A DNA stretch of 64,000 bases from Parcubacteria group bacterium (GCA_041659505.1 JBAZYF010000001.1:321719-385718), one strand, 5' to 3'; shown: positions 38,782 through 49,321, counted from the stretch's first letter. Made by a program: numbers and translations. Notes: a model not told the origin generated them from the letters alone.

Positions 38782-39759
38782 TTATTTCCCACCTACAATC
38801 ACCAGCACATCTGCTTTCGGCACCGCTTCTCCCGCAGGAACCGCAGTTAAAACTTCCCCGTCGATTGCACTGGCCAAATCGGTCGCAAATTGGCCGTTAT
38901 TACCGGAAAGATCGATGACGGTTGTTTTCAGATAATCTCCAGCTGCACTGGTCTTTTTCACCACATCAATATTAGTATTGACCGAAATGATCGTCTGCGC
39001 CATCTTCTCCGCCACACCTTTCACGCTAGTCCCGTTATAGACCGCCACACGAAAACGTTTGTCTATCGGCGTTATTGCTTGATCAATTATCTGAGTTGCC
39101 GCCTTGCCTACTTCGTTCTGATTTACAATTTGCGCAACCATTCCTATTTGGTCTGCATTTTGCGTATCAGCTCCGGCTACTTGCGCCTCTGTCGCCACCA
39201 GCGCCGTCTGGTTTTCCGCGTGCGCCACTATCTTATCTTCTTCTGAAGAAAACGGTGTTGTTTCGACAATCTTTCCACTCGAAGTTCGATAGATAATCGC
39301 TTTTTTCGCCCCGACATAAATCACCGCTTTGTCATCGGCGGACACATCGGAAGAAAAAGCTTGTCCGGTCAATTTTTCCACATCCCCCGCTGTCGCAATA
39401 ATGGGATCTTCCCCACTGGGAAGTTCCGCCAAATTGCTGACATTGCCCAAGACCAACTCGCGGTCATTTTTTTCCAAAATAGTCGGCGTCTTCACTAATT
39501 GTACATATTTATTGCGGTAGTAATAGGTAAAAAATCCTAAAACAAAACAAGAAACAACCAGAAGCGGAACAACAAACAAGACAACCCTGTTCCTCTTTTT
39601 TTCTTTCCCGGTTGCTTTGGAAGCAATTTTTATTTTTTCTTCTATGGCTGTTTTGTTTTTTTTCTCGATTTTTTTCGGCGCCTTTTTTTTCGCGGAAAAA
39701 AGTTTCGCGATCTTTTTTTCTTTGACGGATGCGCCGTCTGTCTCCACTTCGATTTCCAT
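38782..39759 (-). CDS. LytR_C-domain (LytR/CpsA/Psr C-terminal) membrane protein
   Basis: Lys-rich N-terminus, a TM helix and a C-terminal block RVAVYNGTSVKGVAEKMAQTI typical of LytR_C. Confidence 0.5.
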   Translation of the reverse strand: MEIEVETDGASVKEKKIAKLFSAKKKAPKKIEKKNKTAIEEKIKIASKATGKEKKRNRVVLFVVPLLVVSCFVLGFFTYYYRNKYVQLVKTPTILEKNDRELVLGNVSNLAELPSGEDPIIATAGDVEKLTGQAFSSDVSADDKAVIYVGAKKAIIYRTSSGKIVETTPFSSEEDKIVAHAENQTALVATEAQVAGADTQNADQIGMVAQIVNQNEVGKAATQIIDQAITPIDKRFRVAVYNGTSVKGVAEKMAQTIISVNTNIDVVKKTSAAGDYLKTTVIDLSGNNGQFATDLASAIDGEVLTAVPAGEAVPKADVLVIVGGK

Positions 39760-39836
39760 AATTTCAAAAATTAATATTTTTATTTCTTCTTACAATTTTA
39801 TTATACAATATTTTTTAGCTTATTGCTATATAACGC

Positions 39837-40931
39837 TTAGCAAAAACTTTTCACTTTTTGAATAAATCGATAAAGCCAATACTTTACCGGATTTATGATA
39901 ATATCATAACTCCCAGGGAAAACCGTCGGCAAAGTTTTCGGCGCAAAGCCAAGTTTGAATTTCGTAATTCCACTCCAAGTATTTTTACCGTTCACTGTTT
40001 CCTGCTCGCCTGCCGAAGCCTTGGCGTAGGCAGGTTCGCTGTTAACTGTTTTTATCCCCCCGAAATCATACCTCATGCATCCCGCCTTTTTCGCGTCGCA
40101 AATTTGTCGCCACTGCAAAAGATAGGGCGCCATCACGTTGCGAAAATTATCATCCGATGCGCCGTGGAGATAGATACAAGTCTCGCCATAAAAAACAACT
40201 AGATTAGCCGCAATAATTTTTCCTTCATATTGGGCAACATACAATTTCAAGTTGTCCCCCGGAATAATTTCCAGCATCTGACGATAATAATTTTCCGGAT
40301 GCGCCACAATCCCCTGCCGCCTTGCCATCACCCCAGTCAACCTTAAAAACTCCTCGATGTATTTTTTTTCTTTAATTTGATCATTGGGATTTGAAAATTT
40401 ATTGGAAATTGGAAATTGGAAATTGGAAATTACTTTCACTAAAACATTATGTTTTTGTGAAAGTTTGATATTATACCGAGTTTTCGCCTTCATCTCCGCC
40501 AAAAGCTCTTCTTCGCTTTTCGCAATATCAATGACATATAGCTCTTTGGGCTGCATATCGTGTGGCGCCTTCGCTATTTTATAATTTATATTTTTTCTAA
40601 TCGCTTCCAGCAATTCTTCCGTCTCCGGATCAATCCGGATCCAACCCGCATTGTTTTCTTTTGCTAATTTTATCAGTTCTCCAAAATCGGAGCCAGGCTC
40701 CGGAGCTCCGGAGCCTGGCTCCGATTTTACCTCTGGTCCTCTCGGAACATAAAAATATTTCCCCACCACCGGAAGTTTATGAAAAATTATATTCGCCCAA
40801 AAATTTTCAGAAGAAAGATGAAAAGTTTTCCGCCCCACACTCTCTTGAAATTGACGCCACACCTCCGACTGCAAAAATTCTCCAAAAGGAGAATCGTTTT
40901 GCATAAAATTATTTTTAGCCAATGTTTCCAT
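39837..40931 (-). CDS. FemAB-family peptidoglycan bridge-forming (amino-acyl transferase) protein
   Basis: FemAB-type blocks (KTRYNIKLSQKHNV..., LYVAQYEGKIIAANLVVFYGETCIYLHGASDD, LQWRQICDAKKAGCMRYDFGGI). I moved the start to the ATG at 40931 (METLAKNN...), because the ORF-track N-terminal extension runs across a GC-rich repeat element. Confidence 0.6.
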   Translation of the reverse strand: METLAKNNFMQNDSPFGEFLQSEVWRQFQESVGRKTFHLSSENFWANIIFHKLPVVGKYFYVPRGPEVKSEPGSGAPEPGSDFGELIKLAKENNAGWIRIDPETEELLEAIRKNINYKIAKAPHDMQPKELYVIDIAKSEEELLAEMKAKTRYNIKLSQKHNVLVKVISNFQFPISNKFSNPNDQIKEKKYIEEFLRLTGVMARRQGIVAHPENYYRQMLEIIPGDNLKLYVAQYEGKIIAANLVVFYGETCIYLHGASDDNFRNVMAPYLLQWRQICDAKKAGCMRYDFGGIKTVNSEPAYAKASAGEQETVNGKNTWSGITKFKLGFAPKTLPTVFPGSYDIIINPVKYWLYRFIQKVKSFC

Positions 40932-40955
40932 TTTCAGAAATACTAAATTTATATC

Positions 40956-40997
40956 CCCTTCTCCCTCCGGGAGAAGGTGGCCGAAGGCCGGATGAGG
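40956..40997. repeat. GC-rich double-hairpin (REP-like) element
   Basis: CCCTTCTCC-CTCCGG-GAGAAGGTGGCCGAAGGCCGGATGAGG is nearly identical to 57006-57049. Related hairpins are at 41085-41110, 41140-41175, 49166-49225 and 56964-56987. Confidence 0.6.
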
Positions 40998-41203
40998 GAA
41001 AGGGCTATATATTAAGAAAAGACTAGCTTTGTTTAGAATTATTCTTAACCTATTGCCCTTGCCCTCACCTGTCACGAGTACGTGACATCCTCTCCCGGAG
41101 GGAGAAGAGGAATTGAAAAAACTATTCCATAGCCTCACTGTCCTACGGACATCCCTGCCTACCGGCAGGCAGGCTCTCCCGAAGGGAGAGGAGGGTATTG
41201 CAA

Positions 41204-41776
41204 TTATTTTCTCCCGATATTCTTCAGCGCCATCCCCACTCTCTTCCCAATATCTTTCACATCCCCCGACACACTCTTCAGCGCTTCCCGCGCTTCATAA
41301 GCGCTATAGCCCATCGCCATCAGCGCCTCAATCGATTGCGAATCGCCAGTCGTTTCGTCTTGATCACCCTGCGAAATTGTTCCCACTTTATTTTTCAACT
41401 CCAAAATCACCCGGCCGGCGGTTTTTTTGCCCACGCCGGAAACTTTCGTGAGAATGGAAGTGTCTTCATTCACAATCGCCGCCTTGATCGTTTTCGGGCT
41501 GGCAATCGCCAGGATGCTCGAAGCGGCTTTAGGTCCGATACCGGAAATAGAAATCAAAAGCTCAAACATCTCCTGCTCTTCTTCAGTCAAAAATCCAAAC
41601 AGCGCCAGCACATCTTCACGCACATGAGTATAAATAAACAGCTCGACACTCTCCGTCCCGGCAATTTTCGCCAAAGAATAACTATTCATCTGGACCTTAT
41701 ACCCAATATCATGCACATCTAAAATGACATAGTTTTCCCTGATAGTATCAATTTTTCCCTTAATTTTTCCAATCAT
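41204..41776 (-). CDS. ruvA: Holliday junction branch-migration protein RuvA
   Basis: MIGKIKGKI...YVILDVHDIGYKV N-terminal OB domain and the HhH pair GIGPKAASSILA / VSGVGKKTAGRVILEL. Confidence 0.9.
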   Translation of the reverse strand: MIGKIKGKIDTIRENYVILDVHDIGYKVQMNSYSLAKIAGTESVELFIYTHVREDVLALFGFLTEEEQEMFELLISISGIGPKAASSILAIASPKTIKAAIVNEDTSILTKVSGVGKKTAGRVILELKNKVGTISQGDQDETTGDSQSIEALMAMGYSAYEAREALKSVSGDVKDIGKRVGMALKNIGRK

Positions 41777-42005
41777 AATTATTCCGTGTCATCCTCGCCC
41801 CCGTTTTCACGAGGATAAACTCCGGCGGGGATCCAGTCTCACAGCCCTTGATTTATACACAAAACTATCACACTTACAGAGATAGTGAAGAAAGTTTTAT
41901 ACTCTACATTATATACGACCCAGCCAAAAATTGCACGCCCAAAAGAAAAAGGGAAGCACAGTTATATGCACTTCCCTTTTCAAGTATCTATTATTTAAGT
42001 ATCTA

Positions 42006-42809
42006 TTATTTTTTGTGAGCTACAAAAATGATCTGCTCACTATTTTCATCGTATGGACTACCCCACCAATTGCCATAAGCCTCACAAGACACAAACCCGG
42101 CGTCAAGACACCAATCGACAAACTCATCTTTTTCAAAAACTCTGACCGAATAATCCTTTCTCACTAGTGTTCCGTCGGGCCTGATAATAATCCAGGCTCC
42201 GTCCATTCTTTTGGTTATGGCACTATACCGATCAATGATTTGTAGTTGATTTCCCGATATAAGTTTCCTAATCTCGTTTTCCTTGTACTTCCCTGCCCGC
42301 ACTCGCGACAGATTGACGTCGGTTTCCATTAAAAATTTTCCACCGGGCTTCAGTGCCCTAAAAAAATTTCGTAAAACTTCCCGATTGTCACTGTCAGTCT
42401 CGAAGAAACCAAAGGAGTAACACATATTGATTATGTGATCAAACTGGTTGAAATAAGCGATATCTAGCATACTTTCTTTCCTGAAATCAACTGCAATTCC
42501 CAGCTCCCTTAAACGATCAATCGCATTTTTAAGATGCGTCGCATTAATATCAATACCGACAATAGCATAGCCCCTCTTTGCCAATTCAATGCTGTGCCTG
42601 CCATAGCCACAAGGAATATCCAAGATTCTTTCGCCACCGGTCATGCCCAACAATCTGACAACACCATCAACATCTTCCTCTGTTCGTTCTACAATCGTTC
42701 TATTTTTATCTTCCAAATATCCTTCCTTGGAATTATCCCCCTCCATGTAAAATTCACCAAAAAAATCATACTTTTCATCCCACCAATCAGAATCGATTTC
42801 ATTTTTCAT
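42006..42809 (-). CDS. Class I SAM-dependent methyltransferase
   Basis: Motif I ILDIPCGYGRHSIELA. Confidence 0.65.
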   Translation of the reverse strand: MKNEIDSDWWDEKYDFFGEFYMEGDNSKEGYLEDKNRTIVERTEEDVDGVVRLLGMTGGERILDIPCGYGRHSIELAKRGYAIVGIDINATHLKNAIDRLRELGIAVDFRKESMLDIAYFNQFDHIINMCYSFGFFETDSDNREVLRNFFRALKPGGKFLMETDVNLSRVRAGKYKENEIRKLISGNQLQIIDRYSAITKRMDGAWIIIRPDGTLVRKDYSVRVFEKDEFVDWCLDAGFVSCEAYGNWWGSPYDENSEQIIFVAHKK

Positions 42810-42997
42810 AATACCCTCCTCCTTGATTTAATTGATAAATAACTCTGTTAAATATTCAACTAGCCTATCTAATTTTCAATTTAACTGCTTATTGTATCCC
42901 AAAAACCCAAATCTGTCACTACTTAGGTCAAGAGATATGTGAATATTGACAATATATGGCTTATTTGATATACTAATACTAACGACCCTTTCTTCGT

Positions 42998-43139
42998 CAC
43001 GCCATAGTCACAAGTACTCTTGGGACGAAGGCGGACTGAGTCACGCCATAGCTTAAGTAAAGGCGGACTGCGCCACGCCGTAGCCCAAGCGAAGGCGGAC
43101 TGCGCCACGCCGTAGCCCAAGCGAAGACGGGTATAGTCC
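42998..43139. repeat. Tandem array of 32-bp repeats (two identical and two or three degenerate units) upstream of a TrmB gene
   Basis: AGGCGGACTGCGCCACGCCGTAGCCCAAGCGA occurs twice, preceded by AGGCGGACTGAGTCACGCCATAGCTTAAGTAA. The motif GGCGGACTGCGYCA also occurs at 5231 and 12806. Confidence 0.7.
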
Positions 43140-43156
43140 AATAAACCACCAAATTC

Positions 43157-43891
43157 ATGCTCCAAGACAACCTCCAAAAAATCGGCCTAGACAAGAAAGA
43201 AAGCCAAGTCTATCTGGCGCTTTTGGAGTTGGGTAGCGCCAATATCGGGCAGATTGCCAAAAAATCCGCCGTTAAACGGACAACGGTCTATGATATTTTA
43301 GATTCCTTGAAAGAAAAAGGCCTATTAGGTCAGACTAAAAGCAAGAATCACACGCTCTTTTTCGCCGAAAACCCAGAAAAATTGGAACGACAGATCGAAG
43401 AAAAGAAAAAAATTATCCTAAAAGTGATGCCAGAACTTCTTTCCATCGCCAACCGATTGGAGAAAAAGCCTAAAATCAAGTTTTTTGAAGGAAAAGCTGG
43501 CATCAAAGAAGTTTATGAGGACACTCTGAAATATCCCGACCAAGAAATTTTAGCTTGGGCAACGGACGACGCGTTGAAATATTTCGACGCGCAGTATCTG
43601 TGGCATGAATATGTCCCCGCTCGGATAAAAAATCGCATTTGGGAGCGCACAATTGCGCCAAACAATGAACAAATGCGCCACGTCAAATCCTATGACCAAA
43701 AACACCTGCGCCAGATCCGCTTCGCGCCGGAAAACGAAACGCTCTTTGAAGTAGAAATTAATCTCTACGGCAAAAAACTGATCGGCATCATGGCCTTCGA
43801 AGAACAGATCGGCCTCATCATTGAAAGCGAAAAAATCTTCAACACTTTGAAAAGTATTTTTGAAATCAATTGGAAGGCGTTGGAGAAATAA
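43157..43891 (+). CDS. TrmB-family transcriptional regulator
   Basis: N-terminal wHTH LQKIGLDKKESQVYLALLELGSANIGQIAKKS plus the TrmB C-terminal domain. Confidence 0.7.
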   Translation: MLQDNLQKIGLDKKESQVYLALLELGSANIGQIAKKSAVKRTTVYDILDSLKEKGLLGQTKSKNHTLFFAENPEKLERQIEEKKKIILKVMPELLSIANRLEKKPKIKFFEGKAGIKEVYEDTLKYPDQEILAWATDDALKYFDAQYLWHEYVPARIKNRIWERTIAPNNEQMRHVKSYDQKHLRQIRFAPENETLFEVEINLYGKKLIGIMAFEEQIGLIIESEKIFNTLKSIFEINWKALEK

Positions 43892-43947
43892 CCCAAAACG
43901 TGCATTTTTTGTTATGCTTGGTATAATAAAACGTAATAAAAAAATTT

Positions 43948-44463
43948 ATGATAAAAAATGAAAAGCAACCTGCTATACCCAATGAAAGGATAATGAGCCA
44001 GATCTATTTCATCCGCGGGGAAAAAGTGATGTTTGACCGCGATTTAGCCGAGCTTTATGGCGTGGAAACTAGATTGCTTAAACAGGCAGTAAAAAGAAAC
44101 TTGGATCGATTTCCCGCAGACTTCATGTTTCAACTAAATAAAAAAGAACTTGAAATTTGGAGATCACAAATTGTGATGTCCAAAAGTGATAAGCAAGGAT
44201 TAAGATGGCTGCCAATTGTTTTCACCGAACAAGGCGTAGCGATGCTTTCGGCAGTTTTGAAAAGTAAGCGCGCCGTAGCAGTTAGCATCCAAATAGTACG
44301 GACATTCGTGAAGTTGCGAGAAATTCTTTCTACCCACAAGCAACTACGCGAAAAAGTTGAGCTGATGGAGGATAAGTATGACAAAAGTTTTAAGGTAGTT
44401 TTTCAAATGATTGCACAACTGATGAAGGAAGACGCGGAGCCGAAGAAACGTATTGGATTTTAA
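43948..44463 (+). CDS. ORF6N-domain (antirepressor-like) DNA-binding protein
   Basis: IRGEKVMFDRDLAELYGVETRLLKQAVKRNLDRFPADFMFQL...LPIVFTEQGVAMLSAVLKSKRAVAVSIQIVRTFVKLRE matches the ORF6N pattern. Confidence 0.65.
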   Translation: MIKNEKQPAIPNERIMSQIYFIRGEKVMFDRDLAELYGVETRLLKQAVKRNLDRFPADFMFQLNKKELEIWRSQIVMSKSDKQGLRWLPIVFTEQGVAMLSAVLKSKRAVAVSIQIVRTFVKLREILSTHKQLREKVELMEDKYDKSFKVVFQMIAQLMKEDAEPKKRIGF

Positions 44464-44480
44464 CTATTTTCAAAAATTTT

Positions 44481-47216
44481 ATGGAAACCCCCAAACCCGA
44501 AAAACTCATCCTTATCGACGGTAATGCTATCATCCATCGATCATACCACGCTCTCCCGCCGTTCACCACCAAAAATGGCGAGCTAGTGAATGCAGTTTAT
44601 GGATTTGCCTCAACTTTGCTTTCCATCATTGCCAAGTTCGAGCCGAAATATATCATAGCCACTTTTGATTTGGCCGGACCGACTTTTCGCCACATTGAAT
44701 ATGCGGAGTATAAGGCGACGCGCGCGAAAGCGGATGATGCGCTTTATGCGCAGATTCCTCGCGTCAAGGAAGTGACCGAGGCGTTTGGTATTCCGATTTA
44801 TGCTGTCGCCGGCTTTGAAGCGGATGATGTGATTGGAACACTCGCAAAACAAGCGAGGGAAAACTCTCGGGAGCTAGAGACTATTATCGTCACGGGCGAT
44901 ATGGACACATTGCAATTAGTCGATGATGTGACTTCGGTGTACACGATGCGCCGGGGACTGACTGACGCCGTGCTCTATGGCAAGGCGGAAATTTTTGAAC
45001 GCTTCTCACTGGCACCGGAACAGTTGATTGACTACAAAGGTCTGCGCGGAGATCCGTCAGATAATATTCCGGGCGTAAAAGGCATCGGCGAAAAAACCGC
45101 TATCGAACTTTTGAAGACTTACGGCACATTGGAAAATGTTTATGCCCATTTGGAAGACATCAAAAAACCACTGCGGGAGAAACTGGAGAAAGATAAAATG
45201 ATTGCGATTCAGAGCAAAGGACTGGCCACAATTTCCCGAGTTGTCCCGGTCACGCTAGATCTGGAAAAAGCGGTAACAAAAGATTTTGACAAAGAAAAAT
45301 TGGTCGCGCTTTTCACGGAACTTAATTTTCATAGTCTCAAAAAAAGACTATTGGGAAATACGACTGACAGCAAATCAAATAAAGCTGACCAGAAAAATGC
45401 TCCGACGGAAAAATCAGAAGGTATTAAAGATTTTAAATTTGAAATAGCTGACCAGAAAAATTTTCCAGAACTGCTCGCGAATCTAAAGGAGCAAAAAGAA
45501 CTGGCTATCAAGCTTAGAACTAATGGCGTCTCTGTGCACGCTAGCACGCTTTCTGGCATTGCCATTGGCTATAAGACTGGTCGCGCAATCTATTTCGATT
45601 TAGAGAATAAAGAAATTTTTTCGGAAATAAAAACACTCTTGGAAAATCCACAGACGGAAAAAATTTGTTTTGACTTGAAAAGTGATTGGGAGGTTTTGCA
45701 AAACGCCGGGGTAAATCTCGCCGGAAACTATTTCGATATTCTGCTTTCCAGCTATGTTCTTAGCCCGGGCCGGAAAATAACTTTGCCTGATCTCGTCGCG
45801 GAATTTTTACAAGAAGAAATGGCCGAAGAATCCAAAAAGGGCCAACTAGGCCTTGAGATTGAAAGTACCGAAGACATTGCCCAAAAAAATTGCGCCGTCG
45901 CCGACTATATTTTCAAACTGAAAAAAATCCAAAAAGAAGAAATCGAAAAAATCAGTGCGGAGCAAGTGAAATCTGGAAATTCTCCGGCGCACACGCTCAG
46001 TACGGTTTTTTGCGAACTGGAAATTCCCCTGGCTAAAGTTTTGGCACAAATGGAACTATCTGGCATCAAATTAGACACTATGATTTTTGCCGGCATTTCC
46101 GAAACGATCACGAAACGCATTGCGAAGCTCGAAGAAAATATCTATGCGCTTTCCGGCACAACTTTCAACATCGCCTCTCCCAAGCAACTCTCTGAGGTGC
46201 TGTTTGAAAAAATGCACTTGCCGGTCGGAAACATTAAAAAAGGTAAATTCGGCGTCATCTCAACGGCTTCGGCGGAACTGGAAAAATTGAAAGGTGAACA
46301 TAAGATCATTGAAAAAATCGAAGAATACCGCGAAATCACAAAACTGAAAAATACCTATCTCGACACCCTGCCAGAAATGGTCGACAAAAATTCCCGCCTC
46401 CATTCTACTTTCAACCAAGCCGTCACCGCCACCGGTCGCCTCTCATCCTCTGATCCCAATTTGCAAAACATTCCCACCCGCACCGATCTGGGACAACTTT
46501 TGCGCACGGCGTTTGTCGCTGAAACTGGTCACAAACTCGTCAGCGCCGATTATTCTCAAATTGATCTGCGCGTAGTCGCTCATGTTAGTAGTGACAAAAA
46601 AATGATCGAGCTGTTTCATAAAGACGAAGACATCCACCGTGCCACTGCGGCGGAAATCAACAACCTCACGCTCTCGCAAGTGACGGACAAAATCCGCCGC
46701 ACCGCCAAAGAGCTAAACTTTGGTGTGATTTATGGCATGGGCTCCTTCGGTTTTTCCGCCCGCGCCGGCATTTCACGCGATGATGCGAAAAGATTTATCG
46801 ATGCCTATTTTGAAAAATTCCAAGGGGTGGCGAAATATATGCAAGGGATTCGCGAATCCGCCAAAACCAACGGCTACGTCGAAACAGAAATCGGCCGCCG
46901 GAGATATATTCCAGAAATCAACTCATCCAATTTTCAGTTACAAAGCGCCGCCGAACGGATGGCGATCAATATGCCCATCCAAGGCCTCGCCTCAGACATC
47001 ATGAAAATCGCTATGCTCCACGTCACTAAAGAATTTGAAAATAATCCCGATGTCAAAATGCTTCTCCAAGTCCACGATGAAATTATTCTCGAAGTCAAAG
47101 AAGATCTGGCCGAAGAAGTAGCGCAAAAAATCAAAACGATTCTTGAAAAAGCCTACACTCTCAAAGTTCCACTCGTGGCGAACGTTGAGATTGGGGATAA
47201 TTGGGGAGAATTGTAG
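44481..47216 (+). CDS. polA: DNA polymerase I
   Basis: 5'-nuclease N-terminus (LILIDGNAIIHRSYHAL), polymerase motif A (DYSQIDLRV), motif B (RRTAKELNFGVIYG) and motif C (VHDEIILE). Confidence 0.9.
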   Translation: METPKPEKLILIDGNAIIHRSYHALPPFTTKNGELVNAVYGFASTLLSIIAKFEPKYIIATFDLAGPTFRHIEYAEYKATRAKADDALYAQIPRVKEVTEAFGIPIYAVAGFEADDVIGTLAKQARENSRELETIIVTGDMDTLQLVDDVTSVYTMRRGLTDAVLYGKAEIFERFSLAPEQLIDYKGLRGDPSDNIPGVKGIGEKTAIELLKTYGTLENVYAHLEDIKKPLREKLEKDKMIAIQSKGLATISRVVPVTLDLEKAVTKDFDKEKLVALFTELNFHSLKKRLLGNTTDSKSNKADQKNAPTEKSEGIKDFKFEIADQKNFPELLANLKEQKELAIKLRTNGVSVHASTLSGIAIGYKTGRAIYFDLENKEIFSEIKTLLENPQTEKICFDLKSDWEVLQNAGVNLAGNYFDILLSSYVLSPGRKITLPDLVAEFLQEEMAEESKKGQLGLEIESTEDIAQKNCAVADYIFKLKKIQKEEIEKISAEQVKSGNSPAHTLSTVFCELEIPLAKVLAQMELSGIKLDTMIFAGISETITKRIAKLEENIYALSGTTFNIASPKQLSEVLFEKMHLPVGNIKKGKFGVISTASAELEKLKGEHKIIEKIEEYREITKLKNTYLDTLPEMVDKNSRLHSTFNQAVTATGRLSSSDPNLQNIPTRTDLGQLLRTAFVAETGHKLVSADYSQIDLRVVAHVSSDKKMIELFHKDEDIHRATAAEINNLTLSQVTDKIRRTAKELNFGVIYGMGSFGFSARAGISRDDAKRFIDAYFEKFQGVAKYMQGIRESAKTNGYVETEIGRRRYIPEINSSNFQLQSAAERMAINMPIQGLASDIMKIAMLHVTKEFENNPDVKMLLQVHDEIILEVKEDLAEEVAQKIKTILEKAYTLKVPLVANVEIGDNWGEL

Positions 47217-47345
47217 AAATATAGTAGGTTAGCTTTTTTCACAACTCAAGAAAATAGCCAGGAAAATATTGCCCGAAGAAAAAATAATTGATATCATTCC
47301 AGCATCAATTGAAGAATTTCATAAATTGATCAACGGGATTAAAAA

Positions 47346-49019
47346 ATGAAAAAAACTTTATCCATAATTATACTCATGTTGTTGCTACCAATAGGAGTTA
47401 TGGCAACATTTCAGATACCATCGGATCGCTCCATCACATGGACAGGAAATGCTGGAGTAAATGGAGGCATTCCGATTAGAACTACTATTTGCCAAACTAT
47501 TACAGCATCTAGTGGAGACAGGACAGCTGAAATCCAGACCGCCATAAACAACTGCCCATCAGGTCAGGTAGTATTGCTAGGTGCTGGGACATTTAACATA
47601 TCTGGGTTACAAATGAAAACCGACGTCACTTTGCGTGGTTCTGGCATGGGATCAACAATAATCGTGCCAAGTGGTTCTGAGTTTATTCATTTTGGAGCTT
47701 ATGGGGTAGATTATGGTACAGCCGTTGGGCTATCAAGTGGATTAACTAAAGGTTCAACCTCAATCACAACCTCTGGGAATCACGGATGGAATGTGGGTGA
47801 TTGTATTGTTATCGATCAATTAAACAATGCGGCAGGAGACCCGCCAGTCACTAATGTCGGAGAAGGTGGCAGTATGACCATGAGCGGCCGAACAGGAGAT
47901 GGGACAAGGGCAATCCAACAAGTAGTCAAATTGGTAGCACCTACATCTGGAACCACGGCAACGCTTGAAATCCCGCTATACTGGACTATGGATGGTACAA
48001 AAACACCGCAGGCAGCAAAAGTAACAATGCAAGTTACAAACGCTGGGATTGAGGATTTAACTTTTAACTCATCCTACTTCTATAACGTTACCATTTTCAA
48101 TGCCGATAATTGCTGGCTGAAGGGAGTGGAGTTGAATGGATTTTCCGAATCTGGAATGGGAATTTATTTGACAAATGCTTATAGAATCCAGATTGAAAAA
48201 TGCAATTTTCATCAGGTGGTTGCCGGGACAGCTAATGACAACTACGCAATTACCTCAGCAATGACGGGTAGCGCGCATCTGATTCAAAATAACACAATCC
48301 ATAACGTATCCTGTGGGGTAGTGATTCAGGGTGGATTTTCTGGCGGAGTCATTGCTTACAATTATCTGACAAACATATGGCAAGAGGTATATCCAACCGC
48401 AAATAGATATGCAATCGGACTTCATGGTGGGCATCAATTTCAAAACTTATTTGAGGGAAATGTAATCGAAGGTGCTCTTTTTAGTTCTGATAATTACTGG
48501 GGGTCAAATAGCAATAATACATTATTCCGAAACAGAATCCATATGGATTATACGAAAGTGGATCAACTGGTCACTCTTGGGGTGTCAAACAACCAAACAT
48601 ACTACAATGTGATTGGAAATTATCTTGGCACTGCCGGACAGGACGACGCATATGAAACCACAACTATCCCGTATGCACCATCATCTAAATATATTTATTT
48701 TACCCCTTCTGGGGCATGTAAAACAACAATGCTCCGACATGGAAACTGGGACGCAGTAACGGCAGGACAAAAATGGTGTGATAGTAGCGGAGAGCCTGGA
48801 TGTCAAGGTGCAACTGTAGATCATTCATTGCCTGATTCACTTTATTATGACTCAAAACCAGCATTTTTCGGGTCCATCGCATGGCCACCAATTAATCCAG
48901 AAACCCCTTTTGTCGCTGATATTCCTGCGAAAGTATATTATGATACTGGTTCATGGCCAGATACAGGAGGCGATGACACCACGCCACCAAATGTGCCTAG
49001 CGGGCTGAGCGTGGAATAA
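47346..49019 (+). CDS. Secreted right-handed beta-helix (pectate-lyase-fold) protein
   Basis: Signal peptide MKKTLSIIILMLLLPIGVMA followed by repeated NxxIxN/GG beta-helix rungs (NNTIHNVSCGVVIQGG). It ends abruptly at TTPPNVPSGLSVE, which may be a C-terminal truncation. Confidence 0.55.
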   Translation: MKKTLSIIILMLLLPIGVMATFQIPSDRSITWTGNAGVNGGIPIRTTICQTITASSGDRTAEIQTAINNCPSGQVVLLGAGTFNISGLQMKTDVTLRGSGMGSTIIVPSGSEFIHFGAYGVDYGTAVGLSSGLTKGSTSITTSGNHGWNVGDCIVIDQLNNAAGDPPVTNVGEGGSMTMSGRTGDGTRAIQQVVKLVAPTSGTTATLEIPLYWTMDGTKTPQAAKVTMQVTNAGIEDLTFNSSYFYNVTIFNADNCWLKGVELNGFSESGMGIYLTNAYRIQIEKCNFHQVVAGTANDNYAITSAMTGSAHLIQNNTIHNVSCGVVIQGGFSGGVIAYNYLTNIWQEVYPTANRYAIGLHGGHQFQNLFEGNVIEGALFSSDNYWGSNSNNTLFRNRIHMDYTKVDQLVTLGVSNNQTYYNVIGNYLGTAGQDDAYETTTIPYAPSSKYIYFTPSGACKTTMLRHGNWDAVTAGQKWCDSSGEPGCQGATVDHSLPDSLYYDSKPAFFGSIAWPPINPETPFVADIPAKVYYDTGSWPDTGGDDTTPPNVPSGLSVE

Positions 49020-49321
49020 AGAGCTAAGAAAATTTGAAAATAATCCGGAAGTGGAAATCGGAAATAATTGAGGGGAATTGTAAAACTAGCTAACAACTAT
49101 TTTATTATGCTTCATTGTTATCAATATTGTTAATAATCATGAATCATTAAACACGAATTGCTTATCCCCTCTCCTTAACAAGGAGATTTTACCTTCAACG
49201 ACTTGGAGGGAAAAGGGTGAGGCGAATTTAACTTTACTAATTAAAAACATAGAAAAAAGGAGTTGCAATGATTGGCAACTCCTTTTGATTATACCTGCAG
49301 AAAAAATCTTTTCCCCCTTTC

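Noticed and set aside
42923-43194. Two overlapping minus-strand ORFs (84 and 65 aa)
   Set aside because: They are produced by translating the 32-bp tandem repeat array. The repetitive amino-acid strings reflect DNA periodicity.
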